Positions 9,171 to 19,075 of a stretch of 64,000 nt of DNA are shown here, piece after piece. Below the pieces are notes generated by a model, which worked only from the letters and a program-made list of their open reading frames with translations, was not told the DNA's origin and searched no databases. The DNA is from Spirochaetia bacterium (lineage in GTDB: Bacteria; Spirochaetota; Spirochaetia; DSM-2461). The position numbers and the translations under genes are program-made. The DNA is taken from the NCBI GenBank assembly GCA_963666985.2, contig CAXXIA010000001.1, forward strand, positions 64,001 through 128,000. Direction: 5' to 3'. Each line of letters starts with the position of its first letter. The stretch's first letter is position 1.

Positions 9171-9293
9171 TAAAACTTCACGCTGAATTTGTCCCGCAAG
9201 AGAATTGACCGAGACTCATTTCAAGTGCTTAATGAACGGTGCAATCCGGGACTCTCATCAGCTTTGCGGAATTGATACAATGAAGCAAGGCCG

Positions 9294-11270
9294 GTGAGAA
9301 CTCCGGATGAAATGCCGCATTCGGGAGGCGCGATTCGCTTGAATAAAAATCAATCGCTGAGCAGGTGGTCCGTGGACGATTCGGCCGAGCTCTACGGACT
9401 GAATCTCTGGGGACGGGATTATTTCACGGCATCCGACGAAGGTCATGTCGTGGTGAAACTTCCCGACGGTCGAGGCGGGCACTGCCGGGCCGATCTGTAT
9501 GAAATCGTTAAGGGGATTGAAGAGCGGGGGATTTTGTTTCCCGTACTGCTTCGTTTCCCCGACATTATCAGACAGGAGCTCGGCGAACTGAACGAGTCGT
9601 TCGCCGAGGCGATCAAAGAAACGGGATACTCATCGGAATATCGCGGCGTTTTTCCCATCAAGGTTAATCAGCAGCAGCAGATTATCGAAGAGATTGTGAA
9701 GGGGGGATTACCCTATCACCACGGACTCGAAGCCGGAAGCAAGGCCGAACTGTTCATTGCTCTGGCCATGCTGGACGATCCGGATGCCCTGATTGTCTGC
9801 AACGGATATAAAGATTCCGAGTTCATCGATTTGGCCCTTCTCGGCTCCCAGGCGGGAAACCGCGTGATTCTGGCCGTGGAGCGGCCGGGGGAGATTGATC
9901 TTATTCTGGAGCGGTCCGAAATTCTCGGTATTGATCCTGTTTTGGGAATCCGAGCGAAACTTTCTTCCTACGGAGGGGGGAACTGGTCTTCCTCGGGGGG
10001 GGATCATTCGATTTTCGGCCTGACGGCCTCCCAAATACTCGATGCCGTGGAAACGCTCGGCAAGGCGGGGCGTCTTGACTGCCTTCGGCTTCTTCACAGC
10101 CATATCGGTTCTCAGATACCGGATATCCGCTCCATTCGGCAGGGAGTCCAGGAACTTGTCCGCTACTACGTGTCTCTCGTCAGGGAAGGCGCGCCCATGG
10201 GGTACCTCGACATCGGCGGCGGTTTGGCCGTGGACTATGACGGTTCGAATACGAATTATGCCTCCAGCAGGAATTACAGCACGAAGGAATACTGCGTCGA
10301 CGTTGTGGAAGCCATTCAGGGCATCTGCAATGAGGCAAAAATCGCAGAACCGGTTATCATCACCGAATCGGGACGGGCGATTACGGCCTATTCGTCCGTC
10401 CTGCTTTTCAACATTTTGGATGTAAATCGCCTTGATCCGGAATCCGACGACATCGGAATCCCCGAGAACGCTCCCGCGGCCCTGCAAAATCTCGCGGATC
10501 TCGCCCGTGAGGGGATCAATATTAAAAATCTCCAGGAATCGTTCAACGATGCGTTGTTTTACAGAGATGAAATCAGAGGGAAATTTCTTCTCGGAGATTT
10601 GGACCTGAGAACCAGAGCGCTCGGCGACCGGTGCTTCTGGCGCATCTTGAGAACCATTAACCGGCTGCTTCCTTCGGTGAAACGCGTTCCTGAAGAACTT
10701 CAGGAACTCGATCAGCTTCTTGCGGACATATACTATGGTAATTTAAGTATTTTCCAGTCTTTGCCCGACAACTGGGCGATTGAACAGCTCTTTCCCGTTA
10801 TGCCCATCCATCGCCTCGACGAACGGCCGGAAAACGCGGCCGTGGTCGCCGATACCACCTGCGACAGCGACGGGAAAATCGACCGGTTCATTAATGTTCA
10901 CGACGTCGATCGAAGTCTGCTGCTTCACGATCCCCGCGAGGGTGAGCCGTATGTCGTCGGCGCCTTCTTGGTCGGAGCCTATCAGGAAACATTGGGAGAT
11001 CTTCATAATCTCTTCGGCGATACTCATGTGGTCAGCATTGTCGTGGACGAGAACGGTGATCTGGATTTTCAGAGGGAAATCACCGGGGATTCGGTCGCGG
11101 ATGTGCTCAGCTATGTGGAATACGATCCCAAAACTTTGGCCGGAGGATTCCGCGATCGACTGGAACGGGCCGTCAGGCGGGGTCGGATTACTCCCGGATT
11201 ACGCCGCCGAATTCTGAAAGCTTATGAGGACGGGCTGCAGGGCTACACGTATTACGAGCAGGAAGAGTAG
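9294..11270 (+). CDS. speA: Biosynthetic arginine decarboxylase
   Basis: YRGVFPIKVNQQ (PLP lysine), GLEAGSKAE, HSHIGSQI, DIGGGLAVDYDG, TCDSDG and GAYQETLGDLHNLFG. The start may be a downstream codon. Confidence 0.95.
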   Translation: MRTPDEMPHSGGAIRLNKNQSLSRWSVDDSAELYGLNLWGRDYFTASDEGHVVVKLPDGRGGHCRADLYEIVKGIEERGILFPVLLRFPDIIRQELGELNESFAEAIKETGYSSEYRGVFPIKVNQQQQIIEEIVKGGLPYHHGLEAGSKAELFIALAMLDDPDALIVCNGYKDSEFIDLALLGSQAGNRVILAVERPGEIDLILERSEILGIDPVLGIRAKLSSYGGGNWSSSGGDHSIFGLTASQILDAVETLGKAGRLDCLRLLHSHIGSQIPDIRSIRQGVQELVRYYVSLVREGAPMGYLDIGGGLAVDYDGSNTNYASSRNYSTKEYCVDVVEAIQGICNEAKIAEPVIITESGRAITAYSSVLLFNILDVNRLDPESDDIGIPENAPAALQNLADLAREGINIKNLQESFNDALFYRDEIRGKFLLGDLDLRTRALGDRCFWRILRTINRLLPSVKRVPEELQELDQLLADIYYGNLSIFQSLPDNWAIEQLFPVMPIHRLDERPENAAVVADTTCDSDGKIDRFINVHDVDRSLLLHDPREGEPYVVGAFLVGAYQETLGDLHNLFGDTHVVSIVVDENGDLDFQREITGDSVADVLSYVEYDPKTLAGGFRDRLERAVRRGRITPGLRRRILKAYEDGLQGYTYYEQEE

Positions 11271-11288
11271 AAGGCGCGCTGAGGGATT

Positions 11289-11333
11289 TATCGATATTTC
11301 AATGAGTGACTGAAAAGCCACGGGAAGAGCGCC
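11289..11333. repeat. 45-bp direct repeat, left copy (displaced 3' end of the 21223-22032 gene)
   Basis: TATCGATATTTCAATGAGTGACTGAAAAGCCACGGGAAGAGCGCC, identical at 44 of 45 positions to 21224-21268. Confidence 0.92.
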
Positions 11334-11361
11334 ATCTTTTTAATTAAGAAGGGGGCCGGAG

Positions 11362-13452
11362 TCAGTTCATCGCGTATGTATGGCGAGAAATGATCTGTTC
11401 TTGATATTCCGGACTCAATTCACAGAAATAACCGCTCCAGCCCCAGACTCGGACAATCAGGTTCTTGTGATTCTCCGGATGCTCCAGGGCGTCCTTCAGC
11501 GTCTCCGGATTGAGCGTATTGAGCTGCAGTTGCTGACATCCGAGTTGGGCGAAGGTTCGGATGAACAGGGCGACTTTCTCGAGCGCATCATCGTCTGAAA
11601 AAATCGTTTGTGAGAGTTCCATGGTGATGGGGCCGCCGTTGCATATTCGATGGTAGTCGATTTTGGCGAATGACTGCAGGACACTAATCGGGCCGCGAAC
11701 TTGTGCTCCGGGCGAGGGGGCTAGGTTGGCGGCGAACATGCTTTCTTTTCTTCTGCCGTCGGCTGTGGCTCCGACGATTCGGTCCTGTGTGTCTCCGCAA
11801 TCTCGAGCTAACCATAAGTAGTACATTGCGGACCCGCTGCCGGGCCTGAAGCGGCCGCCCCGGCTGTTATCGCCTTGTCGATCGCATGCGTCGGCCATGT
11901 ATGAAAAGAGACGGGTGAGTATCGAATCGACGGCCTCATCGTTGCATCCCACTTTTTGGCCGGTAGCGAGGAGTTGACGTACATCCTCGAAACCTTTGAA
12001 ATCGGTTTCGAGAGCGTTCAGGAGTCTTTGAGAAGAAAGGCACTTGTCCTCGAAGACAAATTTCTTCACATTGATCAGTGCATCGGCGGCGCTGCTACAT
12101 GCCGCACCGTGAATGCCGTAGTTGTTGTAGGCTGCGCCCTGGGAGATATCTCGTCCCTGTTCCAGACATCCTGTCATAAGGACTGAATAGAATGGTGCGG
12201 GGGGAAGGAGCAGATCGCGTTTCCCACGGGCCAATTGCTCGATTTGTCGGTCGATGTTCCGTTCCACTCGATCCATGATGTTTTCGAAGTTGCGGTCGTT
12301 CTCGGTTAAACCATCAACGATGGCTTCATGAGCCGCCAGAGGAAACGAAACGGCTCCGATGTTTACGACTTCCATGCCCTTACCGGGAATAATGAATTCC
12401 CAGCAGGCCGCGACGGTATAGTCTCTTGCGTCTTTCAAATCGTATCCCATGGCGGTCAGAGCCGGGATTATCACATCGTCGTTGGAGTATTGAGGAAATC
12501 CTAAGCCTATTTGTGTCAGGCGGGCCGCTGTCATAAGGAGATTTTTATCCGTATCGGCGTTGATTCTCAGATTGATCTTGGGATCTATCATGGCGACGTC
12601 ACGGGCAACCCGCAGAACTATATGAGTGAGTTCATTTACGGCGTTTTTCCCTTGTCTCGTCACCCCGCCCAGCATAAGGGACTGGCCGTTGTCCCCCTGC
12701 TGGACGCCGGGATACAGGTCTGAGTCTCTATTTAGGGAGATGAAAAACTCGGCGAGGAGTTCTTCGGCTTTGGGAAGGGACAGAGCACCGGATTGGAGAT
12801 CGTTTCGGAGATAGGGCCACATGTATTGGTCGAATCGTCCCAGGCCGACATGGTAGTTCCCGCTCATCCAGACAGCGGCATGAAGCAGGCGGAGCGATTG
12901 GAGCGCCTCGTGAAAGTTTCGTGCGGAGAAGGCTGGAACACGGGACAAGACGATCGCCAGGTCCATACGGCCAATGCGCTCCGCTTCTTTTTCGTATCGG
13001 GCGGCCAAATCGAGAACAGCGTCCATGGTTTCGATTGCCGCTGTGAGAAACTCCACGGCGTCCCTGTCGTGCTCATGGCTCCGGAGGCTCTTTTCGGCAG
13101 CCGCCTTCCGGCCGGAAAGCCCCTGGGAGAGAACCATGCCCCAATCGGCGCAGATATTGCTGATCGGTCCCGATTCATGGCGGCTCCGGCCAGCAAAAAA
13201 GGCCTCCCATTCCTCGGGAAGGTACAGCGGCGCGATGCCGGGAACGGTCCTGGTGAAGGCTATCTTCTGGTCGGGTTCGATTACGGGGAATTCCGCTTCA
13301 CATTGCCGCCGAGTCAGCCTGGCGGCCCTCATGGTCCATGACAGGTTCTCCACTTCGCATTCGGGAATAATATCCGGGACGCTTTGAAGGCGCCATTTGC
13401 GCTGTTCCCGGTTTCTGACCCGATTTCTCATTGCTTCAAGCCGTTCGTTCAT
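11362..13452 (-). CDS. Glycyl radical enzyme (PFL superfamily), atypical short form, function unknown
   Basis: GLGRFDQYMWPY, Cys loop DYTVAACWEF, ATADGR and C-terminal glycyl loop LIVRVWGWSGYF. 696 aa. Confidence 0.92.
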   Translation of the reverse strand: MNERLEAMRNRVRNREQRKWRLQSVPDIIPECEVENLSWTMRAARLTRRQCEAEFPVIEPDQKIAFTRTVPGIAPLYLPEEWEAFFAGRSRHESGPISNICADWGMVLSQGLSGRKAAAEKSLRSHEHDRDAVEFLTAAIETMDAVLDLAARYEKEAERIGRMDLAIVLSRVPAFSARNFHEALQSLRLLHAAVWMSGNYHVGLGRFDQYMWPYLRNDLQSGALSLPKAEELLAEFFISLNRDSDLYPGVQQGDNGQSLMLGGVTRQGKNAVNELTHIVLRVARDVAMIDPKINLRINADTDKNLLMTAARLTQIGLGFPQYSNDDVIIPALTAMGYDLKDARDYTVAACWEFIIPGKGMEVVNIGAVSFPLAAHEAIVDGLTENDRNFENIMDRVERNIDRQIEQLARGKRDLLLPPAPFYSVLMTGCLEQGRDISQGAAYNNYGIHGAACSSAADALINVKKFVFEDKCLSSQRLLNALETDFKGFEDVRQLLATGQKVGCNDEAVDSILTRLFSYMADACDRQGDNSRGGRFRPGSGSAMYYLWLARDCGDTQDRIVGATADGRRKESMFAANLAPSPGAQVRGPISVLQSFAKIDYHRICNGGPITMELSQTIFSDDDALEKVALFIRTFAQLGCQQLQLNTLNPETLKDALEHPENHKNLIVRVWGWSGYFCELSPEYQEQIISRHTYAMN

Positions 13453-14207
13453 TATCGAATTCGTACCTCCAGTCCTAATTCTTGAAATGGTTTCGGGTCG
13501 GCGTTTACCTCCCCCTTTTCATCAAATCCCGGCTTGAACGCCATACCGAGTCCTGCGTATTTCCCTCCGGCGGCGCGGTTGTATCGCAGCAAATCGATTC
13601 GTCGGAGATTTTTCATCCGCGAGGCCGTCCGAGCGATCCTGTGGAGATTATCGTCCGTGTCGGAGACGCCGGGCACCAGGGGCACGCGGATGATCAGCGG
13701 AGTCTCCAGGGCATTCATCTGGTCAAGATTCGCCAGGATCGCCTCGTTGCCGCATCCCGTGAACCTCTTATGGAGGGCTTTATCCATGATTTTCAAATCA
13801 AAGAGAACCAGATTACATTTTGAGACGATTTTTCGGAAAAGCTTCGGCTCGCCGTATCCGCTTGTATCCAGGGTGACGTGCAATCCATGGAGTCTGTCGA
13901 TAACCTCGATGAGGAACGGGACCTGGCAAAGTGGCTCTCCTCCCGAGAATGTTACTCCGCCGTCGTTCGCTTGGAGTATCTCCGATTGACGGTTGAGCAA
14001 CTCCGCAAGATCCTCGGATGAGTATCGTCGGCCCACGAGGCGATCTCCCAGGGGACGGTGCATAAATTGCGGCTCAGGTGATTGGCTTTCCGGGTTATGG
14101 CACCAAGTGCACCGCAGCGGGCAGCCCTTCAAAAAGACCGTTGTCCTGATTCCCGGTCCGTCATGGACGGCCAGTTCCTTGATATCGAAAAGCATTCCGG
14201 TTTTCAT
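13452..14207 (-). CDS. Glycyl-radical enzyme activating protein (radical SAM)
   Basis: HDGPGIRTTVFLKGCPLRCTWCHNPES (CxxxCxxC), GGVTFSGGEP and DTSG, with no ferredoxin insert. The start is placed at ATG 14207 (MKTGMLFDI). Confidence 0.93.
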   Translation of the reverse strand: MKTGMLFDIKELAVHDGPGIRTTVFLKGCPLRCTWCHNPESQSPEPQFMHRPLGDRLVGRRYSSEDLAELLNRQSEILQANDGGVTFSGGEPLCQVPFLIEVIDRLHGLHVTLDTSGYGEPKLFRKIVSKCNLVLFDLKIMDKALHKRFTGCGNEAILANLDQMNALETPLIIRVPLVPGVSDTDDNLHRIARTASRMKNLRRIDLLRYNRAAGGKYAGLGMAFKPGFDEKGEVNADPKPFQELGLEVRIR

Positions 14208-14233
14208 GGAACAAATGCTCTTCCGTCCGGCAT

Positions 14234-16628
14234 TCAGGCCGGATAAGGCAATTCGACGATGCCGAACGGAACAATGTCCCCTTCGTATCGTTTTCCGCCG
14301 ATTTTCAATCGATAGCTCGACGCCGTTCCGCATGTTTCGTTCAGCACAAGGAGGTTCTCCGCATGTCTGAATCCCTCCAGGACGACATTGGAAGGTGACA
14401 AATCGTAAAGCGGGATAGCGGGAACCGCCGGAATCTCGATGGATTCGATGATGCCGGTCCCGAAACCGTAAGCACGTCCCCAGGCGGGCATGAGCGCGGC
14501 CGACGACGGCTCGGAGAATTTTCTGATGACGAATCGATGAACGTATTCACCGTAGAACGGCTCCTTGTACCATTCGGTTTCCGCCCTCACATCATCGACG
14601 TCGTTCCCGACGTGGAAGTTGAGTTTTCTTCGGCCTCCGCTGGTCGTCGAGCGTCCGAGACACAGGGATATTTCTCCGGTCTTCCCGCATACTCGAAAGG
14701 ATTGAGCGCCGGTTTGGGATGCCAGAAGGTACCCGGTGCCGTCTTGTCGGCAGAGGACGTGAGAAAGGGCCGCGATGTACGCCGGCTCCTCCCGGGGATG
14801 ACGGATTTCCCCAAAGGGTCCGTCGTACCAGATTTCTCCGGCGTCGCCGGTCTCCAGGCGAGCCTTGATGCCGCCGGGAGCAAAGTCCATCTCGCCGAGG
14901 GTTTCGGGTAATTCCGCGTCCACCAGGGCGGGTGCCGTGAAATGGAATTTCCACATCACGTATACGGCGTCCCCGTCCGTCGTATAGACGGCTTTGTGAT
15001 GAACGTGCCAATCGATTTGCTTTTCGATGATAAGAGACGGAGATTCCCCCGGAATAACGCTGACTCGGGGAGAGCCTTCCGGGCGGCAGGGACGTTTTCG
15101 GTCATCGAGTCTTTTCACGAGGATCTCGAAAGGCGCCAGAGCCAATGTCGCTTCCTGTCCATCTCGGCGAATGACGAGGGCGCCGTCCCGTTCCTCGAGT
15201 TCCATTGTTCCTTTGGTGATTTTCTTGCCGCCCCGGCACTTAGCCGTTTCCGGCGAGGACTCGCGGCGGAACAGGATGGGGACGGCATGGTAGGGGGAGG
15301 CGTCGAATCGGATGAGGTGTTCATAGCCTTCCGGAGACCTTCGAATGGAAATAATCTTCGCCATTTCCGTCCCATGGACGATTTTTAAGGGCTCCTCGGC
15401 TGTATGGGTCCGCAAAAATCCACTGAACGGCGTGTTGTTGATGAACCAGAATCCGGATCCCGTCGTGCATTCTTCGTCCGCCGCCGACGACAGCCGTCCC
15501 AAGGCATAGTCGTCCGCGATTCGGGACGCTTCAATGAAGCTTTCCCGCCGTTCTATGGTTCTCTCGTACATCGGATACCATCCTCGGGCATCCGAATTTG
15601 TTCCCCATACGAGCAGATGCCGCGACCTTTCCAGCGGATGGACGCGGTCCGAGAAGCGGAAGTAATTCCGTTCAACATCGGGATAGTCGTTAAGACTTTC
15701 GACGTTCCAGGTGATATCGGACCGGGGATGCCCCGCGGGTGCTTCCGTTTCGTCATTCTCCGCGCCGACGGACAAGATACCCGCCCGTCGGTAGGCTTCC
15801 ATCGCTTTCAGGGTCAGGCGGTGGGTTTCGATGTCGATAGGCTTGGACACCCAACGTGAATGGCTCGGGGACCGGGTGCTTCCTTCCGCCTTGTTGGTGG
15901 AGGGCCCGGGCTTCTTCGATCCCTTTAAGCCGTGTTTCCGAATGTAATCCGAGACGAACGTCCATTCGGCATCGATTTCGGCGTCGATCAGAGCCTTTCG
16001 AAGTTCCTCGCTCTTTTTGATCGTATCGGGGATTTCTAAGTCGTTTTGGAAGGTCAAAAGTGCATTGTCGGGAATGGATGCCGGATCCAAAGACGCGATG
16101 TCGTCGACGCCGAGTGTGGGAACTCCGACACATCGGCTGCCGTCGAGGCCTTCAAGGGTGTAGGGAAAAAAACGGTTTGCCCTCCCAGTTTTTGATAATA
16201 ACCCATTGGACGTCAAGCCGGTCGATGATGTAGGGGAGTTGCGGATAATACGCGACTTCCTGGATAAAAAACCCCTCTGGCGGGCCAAGTTCCTTCTTGG
16301 TGATCGACGTTCCCAGCATAGCGGAATCGAGTGCCGTCATTCCGTTTAGACACATTCCCACGGGTTCCGAATAGTAAGTTCCCATATAACGAACGCGCTT
16401 TTTTTCATAAAGGCGGTGGATGCGATCCAGGACATCGGGAGCGCAGATTTTCAGAGACTCAAATGTCTGCCCCGGCAATTGGAAATGAACTTTGGTCGCA
16501 GGATTGGCCTCGACATAGTCCAGGAACAAACGATAGATCGCCGGGAATTTTTCCCAGATAATCGACTTGCTTGATCTGTCGTAATTCATGTTGGGGTGAA
16601 CCGTATTCGTTATGTACACTTTCTTCAT
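14234..16628 (-). pseudogene. GH57-like glycoside hydrolase (about 797 aa if joined), interrupted by a +1 frameshift in a T7 run
   Basis: The N-terminal frame (MKKVYITNTVHPNMNYD...GTYYSEP...GFFIQEVAY) stops at 16152. The C-terminal frame continues FFPYTLEG...FQNDLE. Removing one A from the A7 run at 16166-16172 fuses them. This could be a sequencing error. Confidence 0.7.
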
Positions 16629-16790
16629 GTGCGCGCAATCCTGTGGATAAATTTCTTGATTGAAGACTGAAACGGCCGTTTTTTCGTGAATGGGGAGCAT
16701 CGAAAGGAACAGTTCTTTCAGTCTTCGAAATACCGGTTCCTTGACCGTCGATTCCAACCCGGTTCAACATCGTTTCCTTCGGGCTGAAGA

Positions 16791-16830
16791 AAAGGGCAGA
16801 AGATTCCCGCGAAATGGAGAATCCTCTGCC
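16791..16830 (-). terminator. Stem-loop / terminator between the binding-protein gene and the catabolic genes
   Basis: Minus strand GGCAGAGGATTC-loop-GAATCTTCTGCC followed by CTTTTCTT. Confidence 0.55.
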
Positions 16831-16856
16831 TCCTTGATTTTTTCCGACCTTTCCGG

Positions 16857-18098
16857 CTATGGTGCCAAGTTTGACACGATTTCGTCGGCGGTCGTCTCGC
16901 CGTTGATCAGCGATCGAATGCCGGCTCCAAGACCGTCCCGAATTCGGGACGGCAGATAGTCTACCAGCATGCCGGAATCCTTGGTCGTTTCTTTCAGATG
17001 GGCCAGGGCAATCTTATAGATGTCCTGGTTCCACATGCCGTTTGCTGCTGACGAGGAACTGAGCATGTTTCCTTCTTGTGCGATCGAGATCTGCGATTCA
17101 TCGGAGAACATATGAAGCAGGAACGCGACGGCCGCGTCTTTGTTCTCGGTGTTTTTTGGAATGACGAAAACCTGTCCGCCGGAAGCGCTCCAGGGAGCGA
17201 AGGGCTTGTCGGTGAAGAGAACGGGCTCATCGAAAGAGGAATACCGAAAGTCGGCCGGTTTCGCCGCTTCGAAATTCGAAATAACCCACGATCCCATGGG
17301 AAACATGGCCACCTTGCCCTTGATGAAGAGGTCGATGCTGCTTTCGTAACTCACGCCTGTCATCGAAGGATCTATGACGCCCGAATCACGAAAATCCTCG
17401 ACGATGGCCAGAGCGTCGCGCAGGCCTTGCAGATCCCAATCACCGGATTCAACGGCCGCATTGACGGGATCGAGACCCATGATCTGCGCCGTGATCATTC
17501 CCAGGACGGCAGTGCCGGTCCAGGTATCCTGGGCGCCCCACATCACCGGAATGTATCCGGCATCCGCGATCGTTTTCGATACGTCGATCAGCTCATCGAG
17601 GTTTTTCGGTTCCGAAAGCCCGAGTTTTTCGAAGATATCAACGTTGTAGTACCATTCGATAGGCGCGGGACTGTCGGCGATTCCGTAGATTTTATCGCCG
17701 AATTTTCCCCAGCCGGCGCACAGTCCGTAGAGGCTCGCATCCAGACCGTTTTCGTAGAACACGTCCGTCATGTCCATCAGCATACCGTTGCGGGCGTAGT
17801 CCATGAACCGATCATGAGTGGTCCCAACCACATCCGGCGCCTCGCCGGCGGAGAATTGAGTCCGGATTGCGTCATGGTAGCCGGTATTCGTCGCCCAGAG
17901 ATCCACCTCCACTCCGGGATTCGCCTCCTGGAACGCCTCGACGACGCCGGGATAGCCCTTCGCCCTGGCGACGGTCGTGTAATATGTCGAAACCCGTAGT
18001 GAAACGGTTTTTGCCGAATTGTCATCTGATGATCCGGTTGCAAATGCAGAGCCGATGGTGACGGCAAGAACGAAAGCCGTCATGAGTCCTTTCTTCAC
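16857..18098 (-). CDS. Carbohydrate ABC transporter solute-binding protein (family 1)
   Basis: Signal peptide, FQEANPGVEV, GEAPDV, YYNVDIFEKLG and FIKGKVAMFPMGSW. GTG start with AAGGAG RBS. Confidence 0.9.
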   Translation of the reverse strand: MKKGLMTAFVLAVTIGSAFATGSSDDNSAKTVSLRVSTYYTTVARAKGYPGVVEAFQEANPGVEVDLWATNTGYHDAIRTQFSAGEAPDVVGTTHDRFMDYARNGMLMDMTDVFYENGLDASLYGLCAGWGKFGDKIYGIADSPAPIEWYYNVDIFEKLGLSEPKNLDELIDVSKTIADAGYIPVMWGAQDTWTGTAVLGMITAQIMGLDPVNAAVESGDWDLQGLRDALAIVEDFRDSGVIDPSMTGVSYESSIDLFIKGKVAMFPMGSWVISNFEAAKPADFRYSSFDEPVLFTDKPFAPWSASGGQVFVIPKNTENKDAAVAFLLHMFSDESQISIAQEGNMLSSSSAANGMWNQDIYKIALAHLKETTKDSGMLVDYLPSRIRDGLGAGIRSLINGETTADEIVSNLAP

Positions 18099-18250
18099 GC
18101 TATACTCCTTAATTTCATTTTTTCGTTGTCATGATCAGATAGAATTTTTATTGCGATTTCATGTTTTGTTTGACCTCCTTATCCGCTGTTCTCAATGTTG
18201 CCTATTGATTCATGGCATCCGATTTTCCGATTGTTTTGTTGTTCTTTCAG

Positions 18251-19060
18251 TCATCCCTTGAGCGAGCCGGTGAGTCCCCCGATAAACTGTTTCTGAAAAA
18301 AGCCGAAAAGGATAATTACCGGGAGACTTGCCAAGATGAGCCCCGCGAAAAGCATGGGATAATCGGTGGAGTATTGCCCCATTGTCGAATAGATTCCGAT
18401 ATTCAATGATTTGAGCTGCTCCTTGAACAGAAGGACGAGTGCGACGATAAATTCGTTCCAAAGCCAAACGGATTGGAAAATGATTACGACGCTCAGCCCC
18501 GTTTTGGAGACGGGCAGGACGATTCTGAAGAAAATAGCCGGTTCCGAGCATCCGGCAATCCTAGCCGAATCCAAAAGATCGTCCGGAAAATCCCGGAAAA
18601 ATCCTTTAAGAAGGAACACCGTGAAAGGCAGGCCCAGCGCGATGTACACCAGGATAATCCCGATGCGTGTATTTACAAGGTGAAGCATTTTCAGGTAGTA
18701 GAAGAACGGTACCAGAAGCGCAACGGCCGGCGTCATTTGTCCCATGAGCAGCAGTAACTGCAACCGTTTTTTGCTTTTGATCGGGTATTTCTCCAGAGAA
18801 AAGGCGGCCAGGGAGCCGCAGAGGACCATGGCTCCGACACCGGCGGAGGAATAGATGATGCTGTTTAAGGAATAACTCAAGACATTTACGTTGTTCCAGA
18901 TCCCGACATAGTTGTCGAAGCCGAAAGATCCGGAGCCGGTACGGAACGAGCCGATAAGCATTCTCACCAACGGCATAACCGTGATCAGCGATGCAATCGC
19001 GAGAACGGCATAAATAAGGATATCGGCCGCCGTGTTTTTTTGACTTTTCTGCGTTTTCAT
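18251..19060 (-). CDS. Carbohydrate ABC transporter permease (MalG-like)
   Basis: EAA-like loop DLLDSARIAGCS, WNEFIVAL and FQKQFIGGLTGSLKG. Confidence 0.9.
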   Translation of the reverse strand: MKTQKSQKNTAADILIYAVLAIASLITVMPLVRMLIGSFRTGSGSFGFDNYVGIWNNVNVLSYSLNSIIYSSAGVGAMVLCGSLAAFSLEKYPIKSKKRLQLLLLMGQMTPAVALLVPFFYYLKMLHLVNTRIGIILVYIALGLPFTVFLLKGFFRDFPDDLLDSARIAGCSEPAIFFRIVLPVSKTGLSVVIIFQSVWLWNEFIVALVLLFKEQLKSLNIGIYSTMGQYSTDYPMLFAGLILASLPVIILFGFFQKQFIGGLTGSLKG

Positions 19061-19075
19061 ATCCGACGTTCCTTT

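Noticed and set aside
11362..13452. Calling the GRE pyruvate formate-lyase (pflB)
   Set aside because: It lacks the adjacent Cys-Cys pair and has AACWE instead. Its context is carbohydrate uptake.
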